DNA of 64,000 nt, taken from NCBI RefSeq assembly GCF_006345805.1, contig NC_043003.1, positions 67,642,001 to 67,706,000 on the forward strand. Direction: 5' to 3'. The position numbers and the translations under genes are program-made. Positions 40,038-52,399 of the stretch are shown here, one piece after another; the stretch's first letter is position 1, and every line of letters starts with the position of its first letter. Below the pieces are notes generated by a model that worked only from the letters and a program-made list of their open reading frames with translations, ran no database searches and had not been told where the DNA came from. The DNA comes from Octopus sinensis (taxonomy: Eukaryota).

Positions 40038-40288
40038 GGTATGGTTTTGGAGAAATAAATAACAGCACTAACATCATTCATGTGATGAGCATTGAGGATA
40101 TATTTGCACTCCCTTAACTTTAGCCACAGCAAGTCTGTAATATTTCATGATTAAATTTTTCAAATGTGTGGAGATCAGTAATATCTTTGCTCTTGTCTGT
40201 GTAGTTTGTTTTTATTGATTGACGCTTTTAGAGACTATTGTGATCGTTTAAAAATTAACGATAAATCAGTAACATTTACATATATATA

Positions 40289-40382
<94 letters not shown>

Positions 40383-40399
40383 TATATATGAATATAGAG

Positions 40400-40700
40400 T
40401 CTGATATTTCAATCACCTGAAGATTGACTGTAACCATAACTCGGATTGAACAGCCATGATACGATCGTAGTGTTTTACTCATTATCTTTTATTAAACTTT
40501 TAATAATTTTGATATATATTTAAAATAATATAAATTAATTAATTTTATGTATTGGCTTAAGTTTTTCATTGTTTGATTTGCCTAATAGTGGTTTTATCTC
40601 TAATATAATATAATATATATATATATATATATTTAAATAATGAGGCAGATAAATTAATATTAATTTAAAACCAGTAGCCTAGCATACAAAAATCTGAAAA
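40400..40700. repeat. AT-rich dispersed repeat, homologous to the arm of the 52119-52323 hairpin
   Basis: taataattttgatatatatttaaaataatataaattaattaat...attggcttaagtttttcattgt.tgatttgcctaatagtggttt is shared. Confidence 0.8.
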
Positions 40701-40734
40701 ATCAGAGAAAATCCTAATACATGTGTATACTTAA

Positions 40735-41183
40735 AGGGCAAGACCGCTAGGTGGTCGGCCGTATGCTAGAAATAGATCACCAACGATCAAACTAAAAAGA
40801 ATGTTCTCTAGAGGAAAATTCAGCGAACACCAGAACAATTAGGCGGGCAAGGCAGATAAAAATTATATAAAAAAAAACCAGAATTAATCACATACCGGCG
40901 GTTTCAACTATTAACAAAAGAATTACTTACATAATCCAAATGTCCGTAGTTTCGTCAGTGCGATCGTTTCGACAAATGTAATTTGGAAAACTAACCCAAG
41001 CTTTCTGTGCCAAAACAGACACGTGTTTAATTTTACCGATTACATTAGGGATAATTTCAAATGTCTTAGTTCTGCCGCGCTAAAAATTCTGGAGTCAAAT
41101 TTTCCTCTAGAGAACATTCTTTGTAGTTTGATCGTTGGTGATCTATTTCTAGCATACGGCCAACTACCTAGCGGTCTTGTCCT
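40735..41183. mobile_element. 449-bp non-autonomous DNA element with about 90-bp TIRs (Kolobok-like)
   Basis: TTAA-agggcaagaccgctaggtgg... / ...ctacctagcggtcttgtcct-TTGA; the TIRs are nearly identical. Confidence 0.8.
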
Positions 41184-41212
41184 TTGAATACACACACACA
41201 CACACACACACA

Positions 41213-41266
<54 letters not shown>

Positions 41267-41281
41267 TGTATGTATGTATGT

Positions 41282-41331
<50 letters not shown>

Positions 41332-41345
41332 TTATATAAATATAT

Positions 41346-41720
41346 AAGGCGCAGGAGTGGGTATGTGGTGTGTAGCTTGTTTACTAGCCACATGTTTCCA
41401 GGTTCTCTCCCACTATGTGGCATCTTGGACAAGTGTTTTCTACTATAGAATCGGACCGACCAAAGCTTTGTAAGCGGATTTGTTAGACGGAAAGTGAAAG
41501 AAGTCTGTATTATATATGTGTGTGTTTGTATCTGTGCTTGTCCCCCACCATCGCTAGACAAATCATGCTGGTGTGTTTACGTACCCGTAACTATCGCAAA
41601 AGCGATAGATGTTATAAGTACTAGGCTTACAAAGAATAAGTCCTGGGGTCGATTTGTTTGACTACTGGCGGTAGTCCAGTATTGTCACAGTCAAATGACT
41701 GAAAAAAGTAAAAGAATATG
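41346..41720 (+). mobile_element. tRNA-derived SINE family A
   Basis: Homologous to 20112-20522. Confidence 0.88.
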
Positions 41721-41734
41721 AACTTATATATGTA

Positions 41735-41800
<66 letters not shown>

Positions 41801-41805
<5 letters not shown>

Positions 41806-42241
41806 GCATATATGCCATTTGAATATGGCTAACCCATAAGGGTGGATGCTACTGTAGTTTGTAGCCCCAGGAAGATATCTCCTCCAGCTGGCTATAGACA
41901 CACTATCTGTGTCCTGTCAGTATTTGTGAAGTGGAGTCATCCTCCCCGTCTTCCACACATGATACACACGTACCCGAGTTTCAAGGTGTTTACCTTCATC
42001 AGCGTGTGACAATCATGGTTGTCCATGAGAAGTCAGGTCCCTTCACAAATACATATACTTTTTCCAGTGTCGATTTGACACTGATATTGAAAAACTGAAA
42101 TCAAACAATGATAAATCTCAGAGCGAGTTATAAACCGTAGCGGTAACACATCGTGATGCATATATGCCCATTTGAATATAGCTAACCCATAAGGGTGGAT
42201 GCTACTGTAGTTTGTAGCCCCAGGAAGATATCTCCTCCAGC
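41801..42241 (-). mobile_element. non-LTR retrozyme candidate: 352-nt monomer plus 88-89 nt terminal redundancy, inserted in (TA)n
   Basis: 41801-41888 repeats at 42153-42241 with one substitution and one indel; no meaningful ORF; internal hammerhead and several hairpins. Confidence 0.8.
41958..42017 (-). ncRNA. type I hammerhead ribozyme
   Basis: catgat-tgt-cacacg-CTGATGA-aggt-aaac-acct-t-GAAAC-tcgg-GTA-cgtgtg-t-atcatg: stem I 6 bp + internal loop + 6 bp, stem II, 2-bp stem III, GUA cleavage triplet (predicted cut between 41971 and 41970). Confidence 0.85.
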
Positions 42242-42250
42242 ATATATATA

Positions 42251-42359
<109 letters not shown>

Positions 42360-43385
42360 GGCGGAGGGAATTTCCAAAAGAAAACAAACAAAAGACAAAG
42401 ACAGGTGATGTACAGAGCAAACAGATGTATTCGTTTAACGCTGGAGAAGTGAAAAATCTTTCACGTTTCCAGCCTACGCTCTTCCACAGAAAGGAACACA
42501 GAAAGAAACAGGAAGAGAAAATAAATAATATGTAGTGGCTAGCGATCTATCATGGCGAATGCCGGACAGAGGCCTCACACAGGAGAGCTAGGATGTGGGG
42601 ATGGGAAGTGGTCAGTGCTACTATGTACGTGGTGCTGTGACTTGAGGTGATGTGCTGTTATGTAGTATGGTGGTGTGTGGTATGGTGTGATGGTTTTGAG
42701 ATATGGGGGAGGCAAGAATGGGAAAGCAAGGGTGGAGTGTTGGTTAGGCTGATTGTGGGGTTAGAAGTGGTAGTATGAAAGTAGGATGAGGGTGGGGTAG
42801 AGGTAGGGTATATGGCACTAAGGGTTGGGGTGAGGTGGGATAGAATGGATAGGAAAGGTGTGGTTGGATTGTGTGGGGATGGGGTTACGATGGAGGGGTG
42901 ACGATGAAGGGAGAGTGGAAGGGAGAAGTTGGGTAAGAGTGAAAAGGAGAGAAAAGAAGAGTAGGAGTGAAGAGAAGTAAGATTCGGAGCAAGAGAGGAG
43001 AGGAGATGTGGGTGGGAGGAATTAGGTGTGAGAGGGAGAGAGGGGAGGAGGTTAGATGAAGAGGGTAAAGTTGAGCCCATGTGGCGCAAAAGAACGAAGA
43101 GAGAAGATTAATCCCTGTTAACGACACAAACGGGATTCCGGATGGCCCCTGTGCAAGGACAATCCGAACACAGACAGGTGTTGTAAAGAGTGACTGGTAG
43201 AGTGGAAATGATGCGAGACCGGGGTGTCATTGCCGAGTCGAATGTCTCGGAGTTGTTCCGCGAAACGGTCAGTCAAGCGGCGTCCCGTTTACCCGATGTA
43301 TAGAGAAGGTCAAAGAGAGCAGGAGATGCGGCACTTGACATTGGTAGAAGTGCGGGTAAAGGAGTCGGTGATATGATAGGATATA
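42360..43385 (-). mobile_element. 5'-truncated Penelope-like element (GIY-YIG + pyrimidine-rich UTR + terminal repeat with hammerhead-like motif)
   Basis: TSTNVKCRISCSL*PSLYIG*TGRRLTDRFAEQLRDIR; CTGTGGA...GAAAC motif at 42458-42493. Confidence 0.85.
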
Positions 43386-44596
43386 TTAATATTATGACTT
43401 AAATGGAATATTATATATATATATATGTATATATAATTTTATTTCAAGAGTTTTAATTTTTCAAGAATTTATGTTACTCTTAAGTGACTTACGCTATTTT
43501 CTTCATAATTTTCTCGCTTTTTAGTCTGAGGAGAAGGTAAAACATTTTATCTTTTCGTTATTCTTTGAAAAACTTAATGTGCGCAGCAAAGAATAATCCA
43601 GTTGGTTGTATTTTGTATATATTGTGCAAGTTCTAGGGTATATTAGAAATGCGCACGAAACATAGAATAAAAAGAAATCTGTGGATAAATAAAAAAAAAG
43701 ATTCACAATTGAAAACAGAAAATAGAAATATGTTTTATAACATAAAAATTGTTTTCAGATATTGGCGTCCATAATAGTTATTTTCCTCTGCCTATCAGAA
43801 GAATGGGAATTGAATAGACTGCTTGTAATATTTATATTTGATCGTTGAAGCATTCAAACATTAATAGAGATGTATAGACGATAAAATCAATTCCATTGCG
43901 AGCAGGTAACAAATTTACAGCCCAACCTTAAATGAGACCCGGTATGACTCAAAAATAGTAGAAACAATTCGATACTTGGAATTTAGTGCATTACTATAAT
44001 GACTCAGCAACACTGGCGTATGTAGTAGACATTGTGGTTGTTACTGTTGTTTGTGTCGTTTAACTTCACATCTATCATAATTTACTAAACATACATCTGA
44101 GACACCTCTTCTCTTCTTTTTCGATTAATACATCTTTAACGACTACAAAGTCCAATACGTTTCAGACTGCATGTTGTGATTTAAAATATTATTTTTAGTT
44201 GTCATCAAGCCCGTTTGCACGTAGCGTCCTAGTATTGGCACCAGTAGCACGATTTTTTTCTCTTTTACTTCTTTCTTGTATGCATGTCTTCCTCAAGGGA
44301 AAAAACCCAAACCTGTGACAATGGGCAGATGGAAATTGAATGCTCCAAAATGAGGAGTAGATAGACAGCTGACAACAGATGAAGGGTCCTTTTTCTGTGT
44401 TAACTTATCCTTTTTTCCATTTTTACTCGTTGTTTGCGTATTTCACTCGTTCTTGTCCTGCACCCATATATATATATATATATATATATTTACTTATTTC
44501 ATCTAGTTTCAGCTCACGAGCTGTGGATATGCGGGGCATCGACACAAATATACATACACACACACACAAATATACACACACACACACACACACACA

Positions 44597-44674
<78 letters not shown>

Positions 44675-45449
44675 CAAAGTATGTTGGTTTTGATCACAGG
44701 TGGTCTAAATGATTACATACACTAGAATTTCTAGGGCTCCAAGGCCAAGGTTATAGCCGAGACGGTGGTTAGGGAGCTATTGCAGATTTCCGATGCAGCT
44801 GATATATAATTGTTAAAGAGGACAACAAACACTAAGACAAGGAATAATCAAGTCGTATAAAATATTGTTAAAGGGAGAAATTCAAAATTTTACAGCCGTT
44901 TGTGGGATATCCCCGAGAATGGGATATTCTGTCATGAGAGACAAATAGGGGGAAATGGTATATATTAATGGGATGAATACATAGAGAAAGGGAGTTAAAG
45001 AATAAGGAAATGGAAAGAAAGAAGATGAGAAATCATAAAAGTTCATAGTTCAACATTCCGAAGTCATAGAACACAGAGCATGAATCCTTAGGTGCAATCA
45101 GGCGTAGATCCTTGAGCGTAAGTCGTCGGGTACAATCTTGCGTATATCCATGTGGATTAAAATCCTTATATAGTACACATTCCTAGAGAAAAGATGCGAA
45201 CATATCAACGTTGAATAACAGAATGGTAGCGGAGTCGGCTATTAAGTGGTAAAAGTAAAGAAACGAAACTAACGAGAAAGAGAGGTAGATAGAGTGAGGT
45301 GGTGGGATTTTAAGGATTGGCTATAGGATAAAGTAAGGTGCGTAGGTGTATTGCGTCTAAGAATTGTGTACGAGGTAGCCGAGAAGAGAGAGGATGAGGA
45401 GTTAGGGGAAGATAGAGTAAAAAAATAGAGCAAGATGATAGGAATTTAG

Positions 45450-45920
45450 AGAGTGGAGTTAGTCTTAAAGTCTTAAGTTGTTGAATTTATGTTTTCTAGT
45501 TTTTTTTCTAATGCAGATTGTGTTATGCCAGTTGTAATTAACAAAGCATCGTCCCTGTATAAACTCCTTTTGATATGGGGAATTGTGTGCGGAATTGTTG
45601 AAGGAGGTACAATTCGACTATATCCATCACCCGAGCGGAGTCGGATAAGCCCATCGTTATATCGACGAAGTTGCTTGTTAGTGCGGGATGAAAGCATATT
45701 ATCGAAGGAAATGAGAGTCGGTCTGGCAGATAGAATAAACATCAGTTTCTAAGGAGGTTATGTTGGATAGGTTTTTAGCTAAGGTAAGGACGTTTTTAAG
45801 GTGTATACGTGATACATATGCGTAATAATTACTGATGTCAAATTGTGGGGACGAGAATGTTTTTGTTGGTGATGCAAGTAGAATCAGGTGATGACTTCGC
45901 TTGTGCAGGACCATAATTTT
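45450..45920 (-). mobile_element. degenerate Penelope-like RT fragment
   Basis: PTLISFD and YRDDALLI motifs in ORF 45473-45742. Confidence 0.5.
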
Positions 45921-46984
45921 ACATTTAGTTTCTCTCTAAAAGAGGGTATGACTCCGCCTGGTATATTTTTGCTGATTCATACTAAACCCGATTTAGTGGG
46001 GTATATATGTATATATATATATATATTTATAACAATGAGGGTCTTTACTAAGATCAGCGAAACAAGTACTCTATCTTGTAAGAAATATTATTTCATAACG
46101 CACACACACACACACACATATGTAAGTATGTGTATATGTATATATGTATATATGTGGGGGATATTTGTGGGGTGTACTAAACTAATATGTAACTGAGTTA
46201 CGACACACTTTTAGTTTTCTTTATGTCGGGGTATTACGATTGTAATCATATTGTAACGTTGAAGTTCAAAACACTGGTTATAAATTTGATATTTTTGAGA
46301 CCTAGGAATGCCAAAATTCTAAAATTCGAAAACTTACATTATAAAATGATTAAACAACAGCCGCTGGTTAGTGTCTACATCGACGTACTTTACCACCATC
46401 GTTTGTCTGCTTCTTGGTGTATACATACTTGTGGGGATATACATGTATAATGTTTACGTATATTTGTGAGTTTCTTGTGGCTGTATGAGTGTGCGTGTCT
46501 GTGTGTGTGCGTGTGTGTGTGCGTATGCGTGTAGATGTATGCATACGTGTTTATGTGTGAGAAAAGGAAGCTAGGATACTGGAATAATAAACGAAATTTT
46601 ATAACGATTTTAATATTAAATATAGAAGTGAAGGGGAAAAAGAGACTTCCATAAACATTTAGAGAATAATAAATAAAGAGAAGGTTTCGTAAATGCATGA
46701 AAGTATATGAGGCAAAGAGAAATAATCTCATATACTGATATGCAATGGTTGAAAAATTCGTAAGGAAAAGAAAAACATAAAATAATAAACAAGGAAAGTA
46801 GGAAAACAGAGGTGAAGAGAAATATAAATAGCAACATTATAAAGAAACAGTTAATGGTTGTTTAAATAAGAAATAAATATCATAGGATATTCAATAGACA
46901 AAACAGCTTCACGCTTTTTCTCCAGTTATTGGAGAAAGTATACAGCAGTTTAGCAAATGTCGGAGGATTTCACATCACCGCGCT

Positions 46985-47370
46985 GGCATGACGGTGTGAT
47001 TAAACTAAGTTGCTTCCAGCTTCGGGATTTCCAGTTCAGTATCAATGTGCGCCACTGTGCAAAAGCGTTTTCAACGATTGCCCTTAATCGCCCAATGCAT
47101 TGGGATTGTGAGTGAAATTGGTTGATAGAAACTGTGTGGAAACCTGTAAGTGCGTGCATGTCTCTGTGATTGTGTTTGCCCCCTCCGACCACTTGACAGT
47201 TTGTATTGGATTAAGTCCTTTCACAGACCTGGGTATCATTCGCAAAATGCGTAGCATAAACTGGAAAGAGAGAGTAACGAAGTCTGCAGTACTAGAAAAG
47301 CCGAATATTAAAAAAAAGGATCGTCGAGAATCGGCTCCACGAAGGTCTATTTTGAAATTATAATACACTA
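46985..47370 (+). mobile_element. old family A-like SINE
   Basis: cagttcagtatcaatgtgcgccactgtgcaaaagcg...gtgagtgaaattggttgatagaaactgtgtggaa resembles the family A core. Confidence 0.5.
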
Positions 47371-47398
47371 TGTTTCATTAAACATGGCCTTTCTGTGA

Positions 47399-48910
47399 AG
47401 TTAGTTAGTTAGTTAATTTGGCTCAAAAGCAAATAGCAAGGCCATGTAAGGGGACATGGAGTTAAGTACAGGGTGGTGTTCATGTAAAGAGTTCAGGCCA
47501 CTTGAGGTCAAGGGAGGCTTTGAACAAAGCGGTCGTCGGCATCTTCACCATCTCGTCTGGCAGCTTGTTCCACAGATCCGCAACCCGGACGGAGAAAGCT
47601 CCTCTCCTTCGATTGAGATGAAATCGTCGCAGGTAGAGCTTTTCGAAATGACCCCGCAGCCGACGCTCTGGAGCAGGAGTGAAGAACAGCTCTTTCGAGA
47701 GGTTACACTTTCCGCTTATGATGTTGTGGGCGAGAATGAGATCACCACGGCGGCGGCGTTTTTCAAGAGAATAAAGGTCGAGCGTCCTCAGCCTTTCTTC
47801 GTAGGACAAATTTTTGAGACCATGAACCATGCGGGTAGCCAGCTTCTGGACTCTTTCGAGATGCTGTATGTCTTTGAGGAGATAAGGAGAAGAGGCTTGA
47901 ATCCCATACTCCAATATGGGTCTCTCCAATATGACCGTCGAATCAAGAACAGAATTCCGCGTGCTTTGTTGGCGGCATGGACGCACTGGGCCGAAGGCGA
48001 AAAGGAGGAATCCACCAAGATACCTAGGTCCTTTACCTGATCGGTCCTCTCCAGCAGCAGACGACCCGGCTCGAAATCAAGTTGAGATGTAGGAGTAGAG
48101 CCGACAGGCAGATGACAGCACTTTGACACGTTCAGACACAGGTCCCAATTGTTAGACCACTTCCAAATTTGGTGGAGGCATCGACGAAGATCCTCTATAT
48201 TACCGCGAGGAGCGACCAGTTTGATATCGTCGGCAAATAGAAGGGTGTGTTGCGTGAGGTCGTCGAGCAAGTCATTTATGAAGACTAAGAACAACAAGGG
48301 CCCAAGCACTGAACCTTGAGGCACGGCACTGCTCGCACTGGAGGCGTCGGACCGCGAACCATTAACTTGAACTTGGAAGGAGCGATCTGAGAGGAAGGCA
48401 CCAACCCATCGTACAATATCCGGATGGAAACTATATGCTTGAAGCTTGACAAGCAATAGGCGGTGGTTTACCGAGTCAAAAGCTTTGGCAAAGTCCAGTA
48501 AAACGATGTCAACAGCATCACTATCATCGAGGATGCGCGTCACCAATTCTTCCATTACTAGTAGGTTGGTCAAGAATGATCTCTTCGGCACGAAGCCGTG
48601 TTGGGAATCAGAGATAGAGGCTGTGTTTAGGAGGTGGAGCATCATACTTTTCTTAAGGATGGTTTCGAACATCTTGCTGATAATTGAGGTAAGGGAAACC
48701 GGTCGGTAGTTAAGCGGGTCTTCGCGGCTCCCTTTCTTGAAAATTGGGCAGATTATCGCTGTTCTCCACTCTGCAGATATAACACCCGTCGCCAATGACA
48801 TATTGAATAGTCGTGTTAAGGGCTCGCCGATGACCGGAGCCAACGCTTTGATAACCCGTGGGTGTATGCCGTCAGGGCCGTGACCTTTGTTGACATCGAG
48901 GCCTTGAATA
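47399..48910 (-). mobile_element. 5'-truncated CR1/L2-group LINE (RT + C-terminus), young
   Basis: GPDGIHP, YRPVSLTS, QHGF, LDFAKAFDSV, VPQGSVLGPLLF, FADD, RPILEY, LERVQ, RRRRGDLI, WNKLP; (TAAC)n tail; one junction frameshift. Confidence 0.95.
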
Positions 48911-49479
48911 ACACGTCAAGAAGTGTGGAAGTGAAGAGAAAAAGGAACTCTCAAAACTGTTCGTAGTCTGACATCAAAGAATGGACTGGTCGGTTGTATA
49001 AGTGCAAAATAACAGAAACAAACGTAAAATTTTGACAAAGCGACTCCTGGCCACAGAGAGTCGTTTCGACACAAATCGATCTCCTGAAAAATGATCATAT
49101 CCTTGTCGACATATTTGTACCCAAGTGGACGATGGTTAACGTTGCCAATTTTAATTGACAAAAGGATTGTATCATAGAAAGTTCAACTAACGGTTGATCA
49201 AAGCTCTGATAACGGATTTACAGTTTTAAGCAGTTAAATATTTAATGAAATGTCAGCAATATATATTACATGGCGCTGAAAGGGAAATGCATTTATATTG
49301 TAACAACATTTTAAGATAAATATGTAATTTTTAATGATATTTTTTATTCACAGATATACGGACATGCATATGCTTACATAGACACACACACACGCACACC
49401 TATCCATGTCTATATAGATGTTTATGTATATATATACATATAGAAATACATAGAAGTGCACAGTGAAACATTTATTTCG

Positions 49480-49530
<51 letters not shown>

Positions 49531-49574
49531 TATATATATATATATATATATATTGATATAGATACAGATATGTT

Positions 49575-49740
49575 TACATGGCGGCGCAGATGGAGCTGTT
49601 TGGTAAGAATACTGATTCCCAAACCCATGTTTCTGGTTTGATGCCTATTTCGTTACACATCGGGCAGGTTTTTCCACTGTAGCCACCCTGGAAAAACCAA
49701 AGCTTTGTGCGTATATTGAATACAAAGAAAACCATCGGTT
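49575..49740 (+). mobile_element. old family A-like SINE fragment
   Basis: ggcggcgcagatggagctgtttggtaag...ggcaggtttttccactgtagcc...accaaagctttgtg. Confidence 0.5.
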
Positions 49741-50509
49741 TTAACACATGGAATATTCAATCAGAATGTGTAGAGAGCACAGAAGAAAGGGAGAATATAA
49801 ATGTAGCGGGAAATAAGGATTAAAAGATAGAAAAAATGAAAATCTAAAGAGAGTGAAAGGAATTAGCAATTTAAACAAAGTCATTTGAACGGTAGTATTC
49901 AGTGGGTCTGTTTTGGTCGAATACTACCGGTCAAGTGGTCAAATGACCTTACTTGAATTGCTCATTCCTCTCATTGCTTCATATTTTTTCTTTCCCCTTT
50001 TTAAACTTACTTAAATTTTCCTTCTTTTTCCTTCTTAAATATGACAGTTTTCGTCTGTTCAACGTTAAATCTGCAAAAATAACTACAGGGAGGTTTGCCC
50101 GTGTTGTAATTCTATGTACGTAGGAACTAAAGCTAGAAGATAGCCCCAATCCCCAGACTTTATACCGTGTGTCCTGAAACATACATACAGAACAGACGAA
50201 TTAAGTTTTCACCAATTTTAAATTTGGGGTAAAGTTCAATAGTCTAATGTTTACTTTATTGACATTGAAAGAACGGAAGCGCTTCTGCTGCTTATAAATA
50301 TATAAAACTGAATATAAATCAATGCAGCATTTAACGTGCCTGCTATTATTTATTACGTAATATTTTCGTAGATACTAACAGTATATTACCAGCAAATTTC
50401 TAATTATTCAGGGAAATAGAAAAGAAAAAAATTAAATTTATAATTACAAAAGAAAAATGTTTATATAAAGAGCTATTAAAGCTATAGCTATAAAGAGCTA
50501 TTACATTAA

Positions 50510-50720
50510 AGGTAGCGCTGTCGTTAGCAAGCCGGGCAAGATGCTTATCACCATTTCCCCCGACTAAGTTTCGAATTAAAATTCCGCCAACCGATGTCGA
50601 CCTTGCCTTTCAGACTTCCAGGTTCGATAAAATAAGCCCCGGTTATACAATGGGACGGTTGTAATGTACTAGACCCTTAGCCCATAAACTCGGTGACCTT
50701 GAGCCAAAGGTTGAAACAAA
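50510..50720 (+). mobile_element. old family B SINE
   Basis: cgttagcaagccgggcaagatgctta...aaattccgccaaccgatgtcgaccttgcctttca...gataaaataag. Confidence 0.65.
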
Positions 50721-51468
50721 TGGAGAGTAAGTATATTTCCTGTAACTTATTCATTTCAAGAAATAATACCAATGAGAAGGTATTTGAAGATATAGAATAT
50801 TTGTTTCGTAGTCTGTAATTTTCAAATTAAATCAAATGATAAATCTATACTATAGTCTAAGGCTGGCTGTGTTTCAAATTTCACCGTAAAGATTGATATC
50901 AATGTTTTCAATAAGAAAGACAAATGTGATTTATTTAGTTTAAAGTTTTAGAAAATATTGCAAATTATCTTTCGTGTTGTAATATATCGGTCCATTAATA
51001 ATTCATATAAAATAGCATTTTGAATTTGCTAACTTTGAATTACTTACAGTATGAATGAAATTTAAGCGTCAATGTTGCTTTTGCCATGAAAAATTTGGTG
51101 GAAAGGAACGTGCAAAGTTAAAGTATGATATCTACCATTCAGGGTAATCGAACGCACTGCCCATTACGTGAACTTTTTTTCAGGTTCTTGTCGATGGGCA
51201 AAATTTAAAATTTCTTCGAATTCCCTATTTTCATAAAGGAAATTATGCCTATACACGTTTTACTTGAAAAAATAAGGCTAATTTCATATAAGACAAACAT
51301 GCAGATATGATGCTGATTGCATGTAATGAAAATAAAAATTCAAACCTCCAACGACGAAGGGCGTTGCAATCAGTTAGCCAGCTGGAAATAAAACACGGTC
51401 TTTCTCTTATTAAACAAACCTTTCATAGGTTAGATAACAGAAAATTAGGGGGCCTGTTGCATGCATAT

Positions 51469-51556
<88 letters not shown>

Positions 51557-52118
51557 TGCGTATACACACACACATATGTATTTATGTATTTATGCATATA
51601 TAAAGTCAATTCACATAAGCAAACAATTAAAAATACAGAAAAAAGAAATATAAAAATTTTAATTGAGGCCGTGCACTAGAAATAACACTGAAGCAAAATA
51701 ACCCCAAATATATAGTACGTGTTTTTTTTTTTACTGGCTAAACTGGCAAAATGAAGATTCCTAAATACAACAATATATTTCTATAGTATATATTTCTATT
51801 TTATATTTCTATAACTATATTCTGAATATGTATTAAGATATGGTTTAGACATTTCTTTTTATTAAATCCGTATATGTATACACCAGTTGTCGTCTGCCTG
51901 AGTTGAACATTTTCCTTGTACTTGTGTAGCATCTAGGGTTCGACTGGAGCACTTCCAGACTTTCTATGATTTTCTAAAGACAATTTATAAGTATATATAT
52001 ATATATATATATATATAATAAAATATTAGGGAATAAATCCAAACTTACAGGGAAATATCAGATTTAGGATTGAATCCAATTCTATAGTAAAATATTATAT
52101 TATATTAAATTAGAGATA

Positions 52119-52323
52119 AAACCACTATTAGGCAAATCATACAATGAAAAACTTAAGCCAATACATAAGATTAATTAATTAATATTATTTTAAATATATA
52201 TCAAAATTATTAAATTAATTATCTTTTTTTAATAATTTTGATATATATTTAAAATAATATAAATTAATTAATCTTATATATTGGCTTAAGTTTTTCATTG
52301 TATGATTTGCCTAATAGTGGTTT
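52119..52323. repeat. 205-bp near-perfect AT-rich hairpin
   Basis: About 96-bp arms, reverse-complementary with about 2 mismatches, short spacer. Confidence 0.9.
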
Positions 52324-52399
52324 AGTATTTAGTATTATATATATCAAATAATGTCTTATAAAACTATTCCGAACATACAATAACAGCCATATCAATAAT

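Noticed and set aside
41801-42241. Interpretation as a TRIM or mini-LTR retrotransposon
   Set aside because: The repeats lack TG...CA ends, there is no recognisable PBS or PPT, and the internal hammerhead fits a retrozyme better.
49040-49100. Minus-strand gtcgaaacgactc...gagtcg stem resembling a hammerhead stem III
   Set aside because: The core, stem II and cleavage triplet are not conserved.
49990-50180. Minus-strand acceptor tgtatgtttcag followed by short open frames
   Set aside because: No convincing donor or recognisable protein.
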